Positions 36,097-46,930 are shown, numbered from the stretch's first letter. The stretch: 64,000 nt of DNA from an uncultured Holophagales bacterium (GCA_963842525.1 CAWJGT010000003.1:1920001-1984000); one strand, 5' to 3'. Notes: generated by a model not told the origin, from the letters alone. Program-made: numbers and translations.

Positions 36097-39000
36097 GTGG
36101 AGGGCCTCAACGTGCGTCGCATGACCCTGCTCGCGGTCTGCCTTCTCGTCCTGTTCCTTGCGGCCCCTGTGGGTGCCGCGGAGACCCGGATTCCCTTGCA
36201 TGGACGGATCACCGGACCCGGGGGAGACCCGCTGCCGGGTGCCCGCGCCGTGCTGGTCCCGGTCGTTTCGTTCCATGAGTACGGCCGTCTCGTGTTGGAG
36301 GGACGCACCAACCCCGAGCCGGTGGCCGGTGTTGCCGCGGATGCTGACGGTGCGTTCCATCTGGCGGCTCCCGAGCCGGGCATGTGGAAGGTTCTGGTCG
36401 AGGCGAAGGGCTTCGTGCCTGCCGAGGTGCCGCTGGAGCCTCTTCTCGTGGAGACGGACCTGATGGTCAAGCTCGCGCGCGACGCCGGCGTCCGGGTGCG
36501 GGTGACCGGCCCGGACGGCCGCCCGCTGGCCGGAGCCCGGGTCCGGGTCGAGGACGCCAATCCCAGGTTCCTGCGGCCGTTGCCCCATCGCACGCCGGTG
36601 CGCATCGCGCTGACGGACGAGACGGGGCTCGCCGTGCTGCCCCGGGCCTCCGGCGAGACGGTGCACGTTCGGGCCGGTGCGCCGGGGTATCCGGTCGTCG
36701 AGGTCAAGGACGTGCGGGGCGACACCGCGACCGTGCGGCTCGCGCCGGGCAAGACCCGTGAGATCGAGGTCCGGGACGCCGCCAACAAGCCGGTGCCGGA
36801 GGTGGTCGTCCGCCTCGGCCAGGGCGCATGGGCCGTGGGCAGGACTTCGGACGCCGGGCTCCTCGCCGTGGCTTTCGCCGAAGGAGGAGAACGGGGTCTG
36901 GTCCTGACCACCGAGGACGGCCGCTGGCTGGAGGCGTTCGTCCTGCCTCCGGGTCCCAAGGAGAAGGGACCGCAGAAGCTGCGGCTTGCCGCTCCGGAGA
37001 TGCTGCCCGGGAGGGTCGTCTCCGCGGTGGACGGACGCCCGTTGCCCGGCGCGCTGGTCTGGAGATCCGGGGATGCGGGGGCTTTCCGCAAGACCGGCGT
37101 CACCGGCGACTTCCAGCTTCCGGTCGCGCCGGACCGGCAGGTCGAGGTGTCGGCCGCGGTGGCGGGCTTCTTCCAGGGAGACGCCGAGGTGGGGAGCCGG
37201 CCGGGGCGCCCCCGGCGACCACCCACCCTGGCCCTGGAGCCGGCGATGGTGGTGTCCGGGCGCGTGGTCGACGAGCGCGGCCAGGGAGTGGCGGGCGTCG
37301 AGATCCGGACCGCGCCGCAGATGGGCGGCCGCAGCAACCTGAGCCAGATCAGACGAATCGGCCGGAGCAACAGCAGCGGGATGCTGCGGACCGATGGCTC
37401 GGGCCGTTTCCGGCTCTCGGGCCTCGGCTCGGGGCTTGGCTATACGCTGCGGCTCACCCGGTCGGGCTTCGCTCCCCTGCGCGCCGAGATCCCGCCGCTG
37501 GAGCCCGGCCGGCCGGGCTCGGAGCTGCAATTGGTGATGCTCCAGGGACGGACCGCCTTCGGCCGCGTGTTGGGCCCGTCGGAGGCGCCGGTTGCCGGGG
37601 CCCGTGTGACGTTGCGCTCCGCGGCGTCCACGGACCCGCGGGCTCGCATGCGGCAGATGTTTCAGCCGGAGGCCGGGTACGAGGCCGCCACCGGCGAGGG
37701 TGGGCGTTTCGAGCTCACAGACCTGCCTGCCGGGAGCTTCGACCTGGAGGTCCGGGGCCGTGGATACGCCCCGCTGACCGTCCCCGGGCTCGCCGTCCCG
37801 GAAGGCAAGGGGCGAACCGACCTGGGGACGGTGGTGCTGGCCCCCGGAGTCACCCTCGAAGGATACGCCGTCGATCCCAACGGGCAGCCGGTCGCCGGGG
37901 CCGAAGTGCGCGCCAACGCGACACAATCCGAGCCCTTCGCCATGCCCATCCTGGACCCGGGAGAGGCCGCCGCGGTCACCGGCGCGGACGGCTCCTTCCG
38001 CATCGAGGACCGGCGCGCCGCCGAGACGCTCGACCTCCAGGTCACCCGCGAGGGGTATGCCCCGGGCCATCTTCCCGGCGTGCGGGTGCCGACCGAGCAG
38101 CCCCTCCGGGTAACCCTGCAGCCTGCCTCCGCGATCCTGGGGAAGGTCATCGATCCGGACGGCAAGCCCGTCCCGAACGCCAGGGTCTGGGCCGTTGCCA
38201 TGGACGAAGCGCGCGGCATGCGGCCCATGGTCCCCGGGCGCTTCAACCAGGCCATTACCGACGAGCAGGGCGCGTTCCGGCTCGCCGGCGTCTCGCCGGG
38301 AGCGACCGAGCTGCACGCCATGGCGCAGGGCTGGCAGCCGGCGGAGCTGTCCAACCTGGAGGTCCCTGCCGGGCGCGATCTGAAGGGCGTCGAGGTCGTG
38401 CTCCAGCCCGGGGCCACGGTCGAAGGACGGATCCTCTCGCCGGCGGGACAGCCGGTGCCCGGCGCCGGTGTCAGCGTCCTGAAGACGGGCGAGGCCGCCA
38501 TGATCCGGTTCTTCCGGCCGGACGCCACGGCCGACGGCGAGGGCTGGTACCTGATGGAGGGGGTCGCTCCCGGCCCGCACAGCGTCGCCGCCGAGCACCC
38601 GAGCTACCGGCGCGCCGTCCGCGACCTCGACGTGAAAATGGGGGAGAACACGCTCGACCTGACCCTGGAGGGCGGGGCCGAGGTGAGCGGCCGGGTGGTG
38701 GACGACGCCGGGGCTCCGGTGGCCGGCGCGCGCATCCTCCTGCTGGAAGGAGGCCGCTCCTGGAACCTCCCCGAGGGGGCCAGCGGTGCGGACGGCGCCT
38801 TCGAGATCGCCGGGGTGCCTGACGGCGACTACCGGCTCTCCGCGGACAAGGAAGGCTTCGCCAGGGACCGCGAAGGGGACCTGGTGAAGGTCGCCGGCGC
38901 ACCGGTCGCGGGCCTCGAGGTGCGACTGTCCCGCGGTGGCTCGATCGTCGGCCAGATCTCCGGGCTGGACCTGGCGGACCTGGCGCGGGTCCGCGTCGCC

Positions 39001-40206
39001 GCCGACGTGATGGGCCGGTTCGGCGAGGTCACCCCGGAAGGCGGCTACCGCATCGACCATCTGGAGCCTGGCGAGTGGACCATCACCGCCAGCGTCCCGG
39101 GCACGCCGCTGCATGCGGAGGGGAGGGCCACCCTGGAGCCCGGGGCCTCCGAAACGCGGCTCGACCTGGAATTCGGCGGCGGCTTGACCCTGTCGGGCCG
39201 CCTGGTCCGCAACGGCGCGCCGGTCCGCGGCCAGTCCCTGACGCTGCAGGGAAACGCCTCGGAGATGCGCTGGGGCGAGACCGACCACGACGGCCGCTTC
39301 CGCTTCGACGGCCTGGAAAAAGGCTCGTACGAGCTGGAGCTCACAAGCTTCCGGGGTGGCCTGCGGCACCAGGAGGACGTGGAGATGACGGACGACCGCG
39401 AGGTGCTCATCGAGCTGAACACCGTCACGGTGTCCGGCCGGGTACTGGATGGGGTCGACTCCAGCCCGATCGCCGGCGCCACGGTCACCCTTCTGCCCGG
39501 TGCCGACCTCAGGGATTCCTCCTTCCCGCCGGAGGTCCGGACGGACTCCCGCGGCGCGTTCCGTCTCCCGGACGTGTCCGAGGGAGATTGGACGGTGCGC
39601 GCGGTCGCCGAGGGCTATGGGCCTGTCGAGATGAGCCTCGCGGTTGCCGGCACGCCCATGGACGACCTTGACCTGACCCTCCAGGCCACCGAGGGAGTGA
39701 GCTTCGAGGTCGTTCTCCCCTCCGGACGGCCGCCGGACCAGGTGCAACTGGCGGTTCTCGACGCCGCGGGCAAGGCCGTGGCCTCCGGCTCCTACCCGGT
39801 GGGCGAGAACGGAAGGGTGCGCGTCTCAACCATTCCCGCCGGAACCTGGGAGCTCCTGCTGGACAGCCCCGGCGCAGCGCCGACCAGCGTCTCGATCACA
39901 GCGCCGGGGAACGCGGGCCGGGTGATCCTGCCGCCGGCCGGCGGTCTGCGAATTCAGGTGCCAGGGCTTTCCGGAGCGCGCACGGCGGCCACCGTGGCGC
40001 TCACCGGAGCCGGCGGGCGCCCCTTCCGGGCCCTTGAATGGAGCGGAGGGGTCAAGACGAGCTTCGAGCTGGACAGCGGATCGAGGCGCTTCGAGCGCCT
40101 CCCACCGGGCGTCTGGGAGGTCCGGGTCACCGCCGCCGACGGGCGGACCTGGACCGGCAAGGCGAACGTTGCGCCGGGGGTTACGGCAGAGGTGGTGCTG
40201 GAGTAG
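36097..40206 (+). CDS. Large exported protein with tandem carboxypeptidase-regulatory-like domains
   Basis: Signal peptide; repeated GRV.D..G.PV.GA.V / TD..G.F / GYAP units. Confidence 0.88.
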   Translation: MEGLNVRRMTLLAVCLLVLFLAAPVGAAETRIPLHGRITGPGGDPLPGARAVLVPVVSFHEYGRLVLEGRTNPEPVAGVAADADGAFHLAAPEPGMWKVLVEAKGFVPAEVPLEPLLVETDLMVKLARDAGVRVRVTGPDGRPLAGARVRVEDANPRFLRPLPHRTPVRIALTDETGLAVLPRASGETVHVRAGAPGYPVVEVKDVRGDTATVRLAPGKTREIEVRDAANKPVPEVVVRLGQGAWAVGRTSDAGLLAVAFAEGGERGLVLTTEDGRWLEAFVLPPGPKEKGPQKLRLAAPEMLPGRVVSAVDGRPLPGALVWRSGDAGAFRKTGVTGDFQLPVAPDRQVEVSAAVAGFFQGDAEVGSRPGRPRRPPTLALEPAMVVSGRVVDERGQGVAGVEIRTAPQMGGRSNLSQIRRIGRSNSSGMLRTDGSGRFRLSGLGSGLGYTLRLTRSGFAPLRAEIPPLEPGRPGSELQLVMLQGRTAFGRVLGPSEAPVAGARVTLRSAASTDPRARMRQMFQPEAGYEAATGEGGRFELTDLPAGSFDLEVRGRGYAPLTVPGLAVPEGKGRTDLGTVVLAPGVTLEGYAVDPNGQPVAGAEVRANATQSEPFAMPILDPGEAAAVTGADGSFRIEDRRAAETLDLQVTREGYAPGHLPGVRVPTEQPLRVTLQPASAILGKVIDPDGKPVPNARVWAVAMDEARGMRPMVPGRFNQAITDEQGAFRLAGVSPGATELHAMAQGWQPAELSNLEVPAGRDLKGVEVVLQPGATVEGRILSPAGQPVPGAGVSVLKTGEAAMIRFFRPDATADGEGWYLMEGVAPGPHSVAAEHPSYRRAVRDLDVKMGENTLDLTLEGGAEVSGRVVDDAGAPVAGARILLLEGGRSWNLPEGASGADGAFEIAGVPDGDYRLSADKEGFARDREGDLVKVAGAPVAGLEVRLSRGGSIVGQISGLDLADLARVRVAADVMGRFGEVTPEGGYRIDHLEPGEWTITASVPGTPLHAEGRATLEPGASETRLDLEFGGGLTLSGRLVRNGAPVRGQSLTLQGNASEMRWGETDHDGRFRFDGLEKGSYELELTSFRGGLRHQEDVEMTDDREVLIELNTVTVSGRVLDGVDSSPIAGATVTLLPGADLRDSSFPPEVRTDSRGAFRLPDVSEGDWTVRAVAEGYGPVEMSLAVAGTPMDDLDLTLQATEGVSFEVVLPSGRPPDQVQLAVLDAAGKAVASGSYPVGENGRVRVSTIPAGTWELLLDSPGAAPTSVSITAPGNAGRVILPPAGGLRIQVPGLSGARTAATVALTGAGGRPFRALEWSGGVKTSFELDSGSRRFERLPPGVWEVRVTAADGRTWTGKANVAPGVTAEVVLE

Positions 40207-40463
40207 GGCTCTAGCTCGCGGTGCGGAAGCTCTTCCCTCAAAATCCGTCGAAGAGTCGCTTCGTCGACCGGAGTCGCTGAACGGTCGAGATACTCGCGTA
40301 AGGCTTGATTGATCATCGGTTGATAGCCGCCACCGGAAGCGTCGGCCTTTTCCCGAAAGGCTTCCAGGACGTCATCGTCGAGATAGATCGTAATCCGGGT
40401 CTTGCCTTTCGGCCGGATCACCGGGCCACGCTTGCCGCTACTAAAATCGTACTCTTTCTTCAT
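39954..40463 (-). CDS. BrnA-family antitoxin (stop overlaps the convergent gene)
   Basis: MKKEYDFS.GKRG, TRITIYLDDDVLEAF, GYQ.MINQALREY. Confidence 0.85.
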   Translation of the reverse strand: MKKEYDFSSGKRGPVIRPKGKTRITIYLDDDVLEAFREKADASGGGYQPMINQALREYLDRSATPVDEATLRRILREELPHRELEPYSSTTSAVTPGATFALPVQVRPSAAVTRTSQTPGGRRSKRLDPLSSSKLVLTPPLHSRARKGRPPAPVSATVAAVRAPESPGT

Positions 40464-40718
40464 AGTGCCGCCTTTCTGCTCGTGTCGCGGGGCGGGCCGA
40501 GATCAACTGCACGTCTTCGCCGCGGTAGGTGTACACCACGACCAGAGTGCGTCCCACGGCATCCAGACCGATTGAGATGTGGCGTTGCTCCCCGAGGCCG
40601 CTGAGTCCTCGATCGTCACGGCGTAAGGATCGTAGAGAACCAGCTCAGCATCGGAGAAGCGGACTCCGTGTTTCTCCAGATTGGCTTCCGCCTTATCCGG
40701 GTCCCAGGTGGCCCGCAT
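40441..40718 (-). pseudogene. BrnT-family toxin, frameshifted near 40590
   Basis: WDPDKAEANLEKHGVRF then shifted frame EQRHISIG..LVVVYTYRG..LISARPATRAERRHYE. Confidence 0.85.
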
Positions 40719-40749
40719 GCATACACGATACATACGCTGCGGCCTGAAG

Positions 40750-41907
40750 TCAAGGCCTCCGCTGGCCGGCCGCTTCGGCTGCGAACCGCACGAGCTTCGG
40801 CTCCGAGAGGGTCTTTCCGTCGTAGACCCGGAGGACGAGGCCGGAGCCGTCGGCGGTGGCGGCGCAGCCGGAGAGGAGGACCCAGACGTCGCCGTTGGGC
40901 ACGAGGATCTGGGTCACCGGCATCACGTCGCCGCTCCTGGTGCGCACCTCGCTCTGGGACTCGGCGAGGCGGACCCAGGTGCCGTTCTGGAGCAGCCGGG
41001 TGACCAGGATCTTCTCCCCCGACGGGCTTCGGCGGTCGAACCAGACCAGCCGCAGCGCGCCCCGGTGGTCGCCGTAGGGGAGGTCCACCCAGTAGTCGCG
41101 GCCCTGCCGCCAGCTCCCCACCACCTCGGTCGAGCCCCAGGGGGTCCAGATCGAGCGCTGCCACTTCGTCCCGGAGTCGCCGGAGAGATAGACCACGCCG
41201 TCGGCCGAGATGTAGGCGACGGAGGTGCCGGTGAGGGCGATGAGCTGGCCGCGCCGCTCGGCCGGCAGGCTCGGCAGGCCGGTTACCCAGGTCTCAGGGC
41301 GGCCGGAGGCGGAGAACAGGCCCGTGCCGCAGAGGATGCCGTCCTTGCGCTGCGGTGCCGGCAGCGTCTGCGGCTGGCCGATGGCGGTGACGCCCAGAGA
41401 GCCGCGGCTCCTCCACTCGCGGCCTTCGAGACGGTAGGCCCACGTCTTGACCAGCCCGTCCTGCCCGGTCCCTCCCTGGAGGACCAGCCACGGACCTCCG
41501 GAGTGGTCCCAGGTGGTGGTGAGCGTCGAGGCGGCCGGCGTCGTCAGCGGCTCGCCGAGCGGCTGCCATGTCCCGGCGCTCCATTTCACGGGCTGGATGC
41601 ACGATGCGCCGCAAGGGAGCGCGGCCACCACGGGTCCCGGGCCGACCGATCCGGAGAACAGCCCCTTGGGTGGATCCGGCCAGGCGCGGGCCTCGCCACC
41701 ATCTCCTTGGACCTCCACGATCCAGCCCTTGCCCTTCGAGCCGAGAGGCGGCACCGAGAAGAGCATCCGGCCGGAGGTGGTGTCGATCCCGATCAGGGTC
41801 AGGGACGTCGAGCTATCGCAAATGGCTGGCGCAGCGGCGACGGCGGGGACAAGGACAAAAAGGACGGCAAGGACGGCAAAGACGATCAGGCTGGATGGGA
41901 TTCTCAT
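40750..41907 (-). CDS. Hypothetical exported protein
   Basis: Signal peptide MRIPSSLIVFAVLAVLFVLVPAVAAA; Trp/Gly-rich body; overlaps upstream gene. Confidence 0.75.
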   Translation of the reverse strand: MRIPSSLIVFAVLAVLFVLVPAVAAAPAICDSSTSLTLIGIDTTSGRMLFSVPPLGSKGKGWIVEVQGDGGEARAWPDPPKGLFSGSVGPGPVVAALPCGASCIQPVKWSAGTWQPLGEPLTTPAASTLTTTWDHSGGPWLVLQGGTGQDGLVKTWAYRLEGREWRSRGSLGVTAIGQPQTLPAPQRKDGILCGTGLFSASGRPETWVTGLPSLPAERRGQLIALTGTSVAYISADGVVYLSGDSGTKWQRSIWTPWGSTEVVGSWRQGRDYWVDLPYGDHRGALRLVWFDRRSPSGEKILVTRLLQNGTWVRLAESQSEVRTRSGDVMPVTQILVPNGDVWVLLSGCAATADGSGLVLRVYDGKTLSEPKLVRFAAEAAGQRRP

Positions 41908-42455
41908 ATCGTTGGATCTCCGGGACGGCTCGGCTGCTGCTGTGGAAGCTCTCGGGCGGGGACGCCGGCGACCCTGGCACCCTCGGGCACGTCGGCCAGA
42001 ACCACAGACCCGGCCCCTACCACGGCGTCGTCGCCGATCGTGATGCCGCCGAGGACGATGGCGCCGGCGCCGATCGTGACGCGGTCGCCGACCCGCGGGC
42101 AGTCGAGCTCGTCGAAGCGCACCTCGCCGAGGGTCACTCCGTGCAGCAGGGTGCAGTCCTCGCCGATCACCGTCCGGCCGCCGATCACCAGGCCGATGCC
42201 GTGGGCGACGATGCATCCGCCGCCGATCTCGGCCCGCGGCAGGATGTCGACCCCGCAGGCGCCGATGGCCCAGCGGCGGCAGACCGCCGGCAGGACAGGC
42301 ACGCGCCAGCCCAGGAGCGCGCTCCCCATCCGATAGGCGACCAGTGCCTGGAACCCGGAGTCGAAGAGCAGCCCGTCGAGCAAGGCCAGCCAGAAGCCCC
42401 GGCCCTTGACAGCGCGCAACCGCTGGAAGTCGCGGCGCAGGCGGGGCCAGATCAC
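41904..42455 (-). CDS. Serine O-acetyltransferase-like hexapeptide-repeat acyltransferase
   Basis: GVDI.P.AEIGGG..HG.G.VIG, GVTLG, GAGAIVLG.ITIG, VAGVPAR. Confidence 0.9.
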   Translation of the reverse strand: MIWPRLRRDFQRLRAVKGRGFWLALLDGLLFDSGFQALVAYRMGSALLGWRVPVLPAVCRRWAIGACGVDILPRAEIGGGCIVAHGIGLVIGGRTVIGEDCTLLHGVTLGEVRFDELDCPRVGDRVTIGAGAIVLGGITIGDDAVVGAGSVVLADVPEGARVAGVPARELPQQQPSRPGDPTI

Positions 42456-43219
42456 GCGCCACCTCCGTGGCGTAGCGCCTTGAGCAGCCCGAAGCGGGGG
42501 AGGCGGCTCCACAGAGGATAAGCGCCGCTCGCCTTGAGCCGTCGCTCGAAGCGGCTCTCCCCCGGGCTGACGATCATGCGCGGCCAGGCCCAGAGGTCGC
42601 CCGGCCGCGCCCCCGGATGGCCATGGATGCTCACCGCCGCCAGGTATCCGGCCGCCCGCGCCGCCTCCCGGGCCCGGTCGTCCAGCCGGCCGTAGGGATA
42701 GCAGAAGGTGCGGACAGGAGCGCCGAGAGCGGCTTCCAGCTCCTCGCGAGATCCAGCCACCTCGGAGCGCAAGTCCTCGTCTCCGCAGGCCGGGAGGTCG
42801 AGATGGAGCCGTCCATGGGAGCCGATCTCGATGCCGGCCGCCACCAGCTTGCGTAAGTCTTCGGCGTCGAGCAGGTGTTCCTCGCGTTCGCCGGCCCGCA
42901 AGTCCCAACGGTTCACCCCGCCAAGCATGCCGCTCACCGCGAAGAGCGTCGCCGTCATGCCGCGCGCCTGAAGCTCTGGGAAGGCGTGGTCGCGGAAGCA
43001 GAGGCATCCGTCGTCGAAGGTCAGGACCACGCTGCGCCGCGGATGCGGCCACTCCACGGCCTCGGCGAGCGTGAGGGTCCGGTAACCACGTCCGGCCAGA
43101 TCGTCGAGGAGAGCCGCGAATTCACTGCGATCCAGATAGCTGTTCGGGTGGAGGGGCGGCGGATCGAGCGGCAAGGGCTCGACGTGGTGGAGCATGAGGA
43201 CGGAGGGGGTGAGGCTCAA
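42452..43219 (-). CDS. Polysaccharide deacetylase (CE4)
   Basis: VLMLHHV, VLTFDDG, EIGSHG..H, FCYPYG. Confidence 0.92.
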   Translation of the reverse strand: MSLTPSVLMLHHVEPLPLDPPPLHPNSYLDRSEFAALLDDLAGRGYRTLTLAEAVEWPHPRRSVVLTFDDGCLCFRDHAFPELQARGMTATLFAVSGMLGGVNRWDLRAGEREEHLLDAEDLRKLVAAGIEIGSHGRLHLDLPACGDEDLRSEVAGSREELEAALGAPVRTFCYPYGRLDDRAREAARAAGYLAAVSIHGHPGARPGDLWAWPRMIVSPGESRFERRLKASGAYPLWSRLPRFGLLKALRHGGGA

Positions 43220-44311
43220 CGCTTCAGCTCCCGCAACAGTTCCGCATAATGGTCGATGGTCGCCTCGATCGGAAAACGCTCGGCCCGCCGGCGAGGGACC
43301 TCCCCCCAGTTGCGCGCCAGCGCCGCGGCCAGCGCTCCGGCGTAGGCTTCCAAGTTGGTCACATCGCAGAAGAGACCTGCCTCGCCGATCACCTCGCGCC
43401 GCACCGGATCGTCCGGCGCCACGCACGGGAGGCCGCAGGCCAGGGCTTCCAGATAGGTGAGGCCGAAGGACTCCGTGCGAGAAGGTAGCGTAAAGCAATC
43501 GGCGGTGGTGTACCAGCCGGGCATCTCCTCGCGCCGTACCGCCTGCCGCAGATATCGTCCCGGCAGCCGAGAAGCTGCCAACCGGTCGACCGCCTCAGCC
43601 TCCGGTCCCTCGCCGAGCACGACCAGGCTTCCTTCTCCCAGCCGGGCCACGGCCTCGACAGCCAGGTCCATCCGCTTGTGGGCGTCGACCGCGCCTGCGC
43701 AGAGCACCACCGGCCGCGGGAGATCCAGGGGCACCGGTGCCGCATCGGGGCGGAAGCGGTCCAGGTCGACCCCATGGGGGATGACCACCACTTCGGCGCG
43801 CGGTGCCCGATCGCGGATCATGCGCCGCGCCGCCTCCGTGAAAGCAACGACCCGGTCCGGCCGCTGGCGCGCGAAGGCACCCTCCCATTTTGGGTCCTGT
43901 CCGTGGGCGATGTCGACGAACGGGATGCCACGGAAACGGCGCAGCAGCCGGCAGCCCCAGGCCCCTACCAATCCTCCCTCCATGACCACCACGTCGAAGC
44001 TGCCGCGCCAGAGGGAAGGCAGGGCCGAGAGCGCCGCGGTGTACCACTCCAGGCTCAGGGGATCGAGGAAGAAGGTGTCGAAGACCTTCCGTCCCAGGCG
44101 GTTGGCGGAGTAGAGCCGGTTTACCCAGCGCGTGTCGCGCGGCAGAGCGCGGACCCGCTGCCAGGGGATGGGCGCCGGGCCGCGGCAGAACAGCGTCACC
44201 TCGAAGCCGTGCCGCGCGGCGAGAGCGGTGCAGCAGCTCCACAACGAAAGCCTCGGCCCCACGCCCTACGACCCCGACGCCCGGCATCACAAAGGCGATC
44301 TTCAAGCTCAT
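43216..44311 (-). CDS. Glycosyltransferase family 4 (frameshift near 44230)
   Basis: MSLKIAFVMPG..RGAE in one frame; IPHGVD, PSRTESFGLTYLEALACG in another. Confidence 0.88.
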
Positions 44312-45738
44312 TCGGTGGCCGGGGCGGGCGGTGCGCGGAAGAAGGCCCGGAAGGGGAGCTGGAAGCGGAGGAGGTAGACCCCACCGGCCACGAGGGCTGC
44401 GAGGATCGAGGCCGCGAAGCGCGGCCAGGACTCCTGCGGGAAGAGCCAGACCACGGCGAGGAACAGGGGGAGGGGCAGCAGATAGACGAACAGCAGGTCC
44501 CGGCCCAGGCGCCAGAATTCTGCGCCCAGGTTCCTCCAGATCCGCCAGGCCATGATCCAGTTGCCCAGCAGCAGGTAGTTGGCCCAGGCCATCCCCTCCA
44601 CGCCGAGCATCCGTGTCAGGAGCACTCCGAAGCCCACCAGCGAGACGAAGTTGAGGACCACCACGCCGAGCCAGCCGCGGTCCTGCCCCTCCACCTTGAG
44701 CACCTCGCCACCGAGCCGCGACCAGGGATCGGTCAAGGGGACGAAGCAGAGGATGCGCAGCAGCGGCACCGCCGGTCCCCACGCCGTGCCGATCAGGATG
44801 CGCAGCAGTACGATCTCCGCGTTGAAGAAGAGGAAGTAGGCCGCCAGCGTCTCCAGCGCGAGGATCGAGAGGGTGCCGATCCGGTAGGCGCCGAAGAACC
44901 GTTCGCGTTCGCTCCGGTAGCCTACCAGGGCTGGGTAGAGGACGCGCGCCACGGCCGGCTGGACCAGCTCCTGCAGCCGGAAGCCCCAGTCCCGCGCCTT
45001 GCCGTAATAACCCACAAGGGCCAGTGTGCGGAGACCGCCGCCGAACACCGCGCCAATCACGAAGCGGGAGACGTACGGCACCGGTAGGGCGGCCAGAGCG
45101 ATGAAGAAGAGATAGAGGCTGCGGCCGATCAGCCCCGGGATGGGCCGGGGATCGAGCTTGAGCTCCATCCGTCCCCAGGCCCTTTTCCAGAGAAGCGCCG
45201 CGAACAATGCGGAGCCGGCGAGCTGGCCGGCCACCAGGCTCCAGACTCCCCATCCCCGCGCGGCCAGGATGACCGACACTCCCGCCATGGCGAGCCCGCG
45301 GGCGATTTCGGGCATCACGAGCTTCGGAACCTCGAGCTCGCGCTCGAAGAACACCTTGGGGACCACCGACAGCCCGTCGAGGAAGACGAACAGGGCATAG
45401 ACCCGCAGGACCGCCGGCAATGCCGGATTGATCCCGGCAAACAAAGGCGCTCCAAGGGCCAGAAGGCCGGTAATCGCGAGCCCCGCGCCGGTCACCCACA
45501 GGAACACGCTGCCGTAGGGGCGGCGCTCGTCGCGCACGAGCTGATAGGGGAGGCCGAGGTCGCGGAAGATCGTCGAGATGACCACGATTCCCAGCGCCAG
45601 GTCGAACAGCCCATGCCCCGTTGGCAGGATCAGGCGGGCCAGCAGCAGATCGCTTGCCGCCCGGATCACGATCCGCGCAACCTGGCTCCCATAGGCCGCC
45701 GCCGTCGAGTGGAGGAACCGGCGCTCGGCGGGCCTCAA
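44308..45738 (-). CDS. Oligosaccharide flippase (Wzx/MOP family)
   Basis: LARLI.P..G, DLGL...LV, GVWSLVAGQL, VGYYGKA, many TM helices. Confidence 0.88.
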   Translation of the reverse strand: MRPAERRFLHSTAAAYGSQVARIVIRAASDLLLARLILPTGHGLFDLALGIVVISTIFRDLGLPYQLVRDERRPYGSVFLWVTGAGLAITGLLALGAPLFAGINPALPAVLRVYALFVFLDGLSVVPKVFFERELEVPKLVMPEIARGLAMAGVSVILAARGWGVWSLVAGQLAGSALFAALLWKRAWGRMELKLDPRPIPGLIGRSLYLFFIALAALPVPYVSRFVIGAVFGGGLRTLALVGYYGKARDWGFRLQELVQPAVARVLYPALVGYRSERERFFGAYRIGTLSILALETLAAYFLFFNAEIVLLRILIGTAWGPAVPLLRILCFVPLTDPWSRLGGEVLKVEGQDRGWLGVVVLNFVSLVGFGVLLTRMLGVEGMAWANYLLLGNWIMAWRIWRNLGAEFWRLGRDLLFVYLLPLPLFLAVVWLFPQESWPRFAASILAALVAGGVYLLRFQLPFRAFFRAPPAPATE

Positions 45739-45740
45739 AA

Positions 45741-46026
45741 CCTCACCCCCTGTCCCCCTCTCCCATCGCCCTCCCCCCGACCGGGAGAGGGGGGACGTAG
45801 TTGGAGCGGTGTGCGCGAGTGCTCGCCTTCAGCGAACGTCCACGAGCGTCATTCTGAGCGCAGCGAAGAATCTGGGCGGGGGTTCGAAGCTTCCCATCCC
45901 CCAGATCCTTCGCTTCGCTCAGGATGACACGGCGGGGTGGCAGCGACCTCGCCTCGAACGCTTCGCATGCGTCCCCCCTCTCCCGGTGGAAGGGGGGGCG
46001 ATGGGAGAGGGGGACAGGGGGTGAGG
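45741..46026. repeat. Family-A inverted pair containing a nested family-D palindrome (45848-45928)
   Basis: Outer family-A arms; inner GTCATTCTGAGCGCAGCGAAGAATCT / AGATCCTTCGCTTCGCTCAGGATGAC. Confidence 0.9.
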
Positions 46027-46930
46027 TCACTCCCACCCCTCCCACCCTGCGATTACCGCCCGGTACCAGGCCCGGCGGAAGGCCACGACCCCCGAAAACG
46101 CCCGCCAGCAGCCCCGCAGGGAGGGGTGACGGAGGAAGATCGAGAGCGTCCCGGTCATCGCCTTGAGCGGCGCTGTGAGACGGAGCCGCGCCTTGCTCCG
46201 CCAGGTGGGACCGCTGTCGAAGACCCCGGGGTGGAGCGTCCGGAAACGGTGGAAATGCCGCCCGTACCAGGCGGCGTGGGCTTCGAGGTCATGGCGGGAG
46301 GCGCGCACGGCCGCGTGCTCGACCACCGCATCCGGCACGAAGGCGGTGGCGAGACCGGCCTTCCGGGCGCGGAGCACCCAGTCGAAATCCTCGCTGGTCG
46401 GCAGCGATTCGTCAAAGGGGCCGACCCGGTTCCAGGCTTCCCGCCGCACCGCGAGGTTGAGGCTGCCGATCGCCCCACGAGTGTCCTGCTCCGCCGGCCG
46501 GTCGGCGAGCAGGTCGTGGAACGAGGCGATGTTGTCGGCCAGGGCCCAGACGCTGGTCTCGGCCGGCGCACGAGGGAAGGTCACCGCGCCACCAACCACA
46601 GGCGAATGCTCCAGCGCCGCCGCCATCCGCTCTACCCAGCCGGGAAGGGGGCGGCAGTCGGCGTCGGTGAACAGGAGGAGCTCTCCACGAGCCGCGGCGA
46701 CCGCCCGGTTGCGGGCCGCCGCGGGGTTCAGGCGGTCGGAGGTTTCGAGGAACCGCACTCCCGGTGTACGGGAAACAAGCCCGGGAGCGTCGCGCCCCGC
46801 TACCAGCACTTCGATGTCCGGTCCGGGTGCCCCCTGGGAGGCGAGCGCTTCGAGCGTCCGGCCCACCAGGGGGGAGTCCAGGTTCGGGATGAGGACGCTG
46901 ATTCTGGGATCCGAACGGGCCGAAGCCCTC
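46027..46930 (-). CDS. Glycosyltransferase family 2 (start codon not resolved)
   Basis: ISVLIPN, PAAARNRAV, LFTDADC, SEDFDW. Confidence 0.85.
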
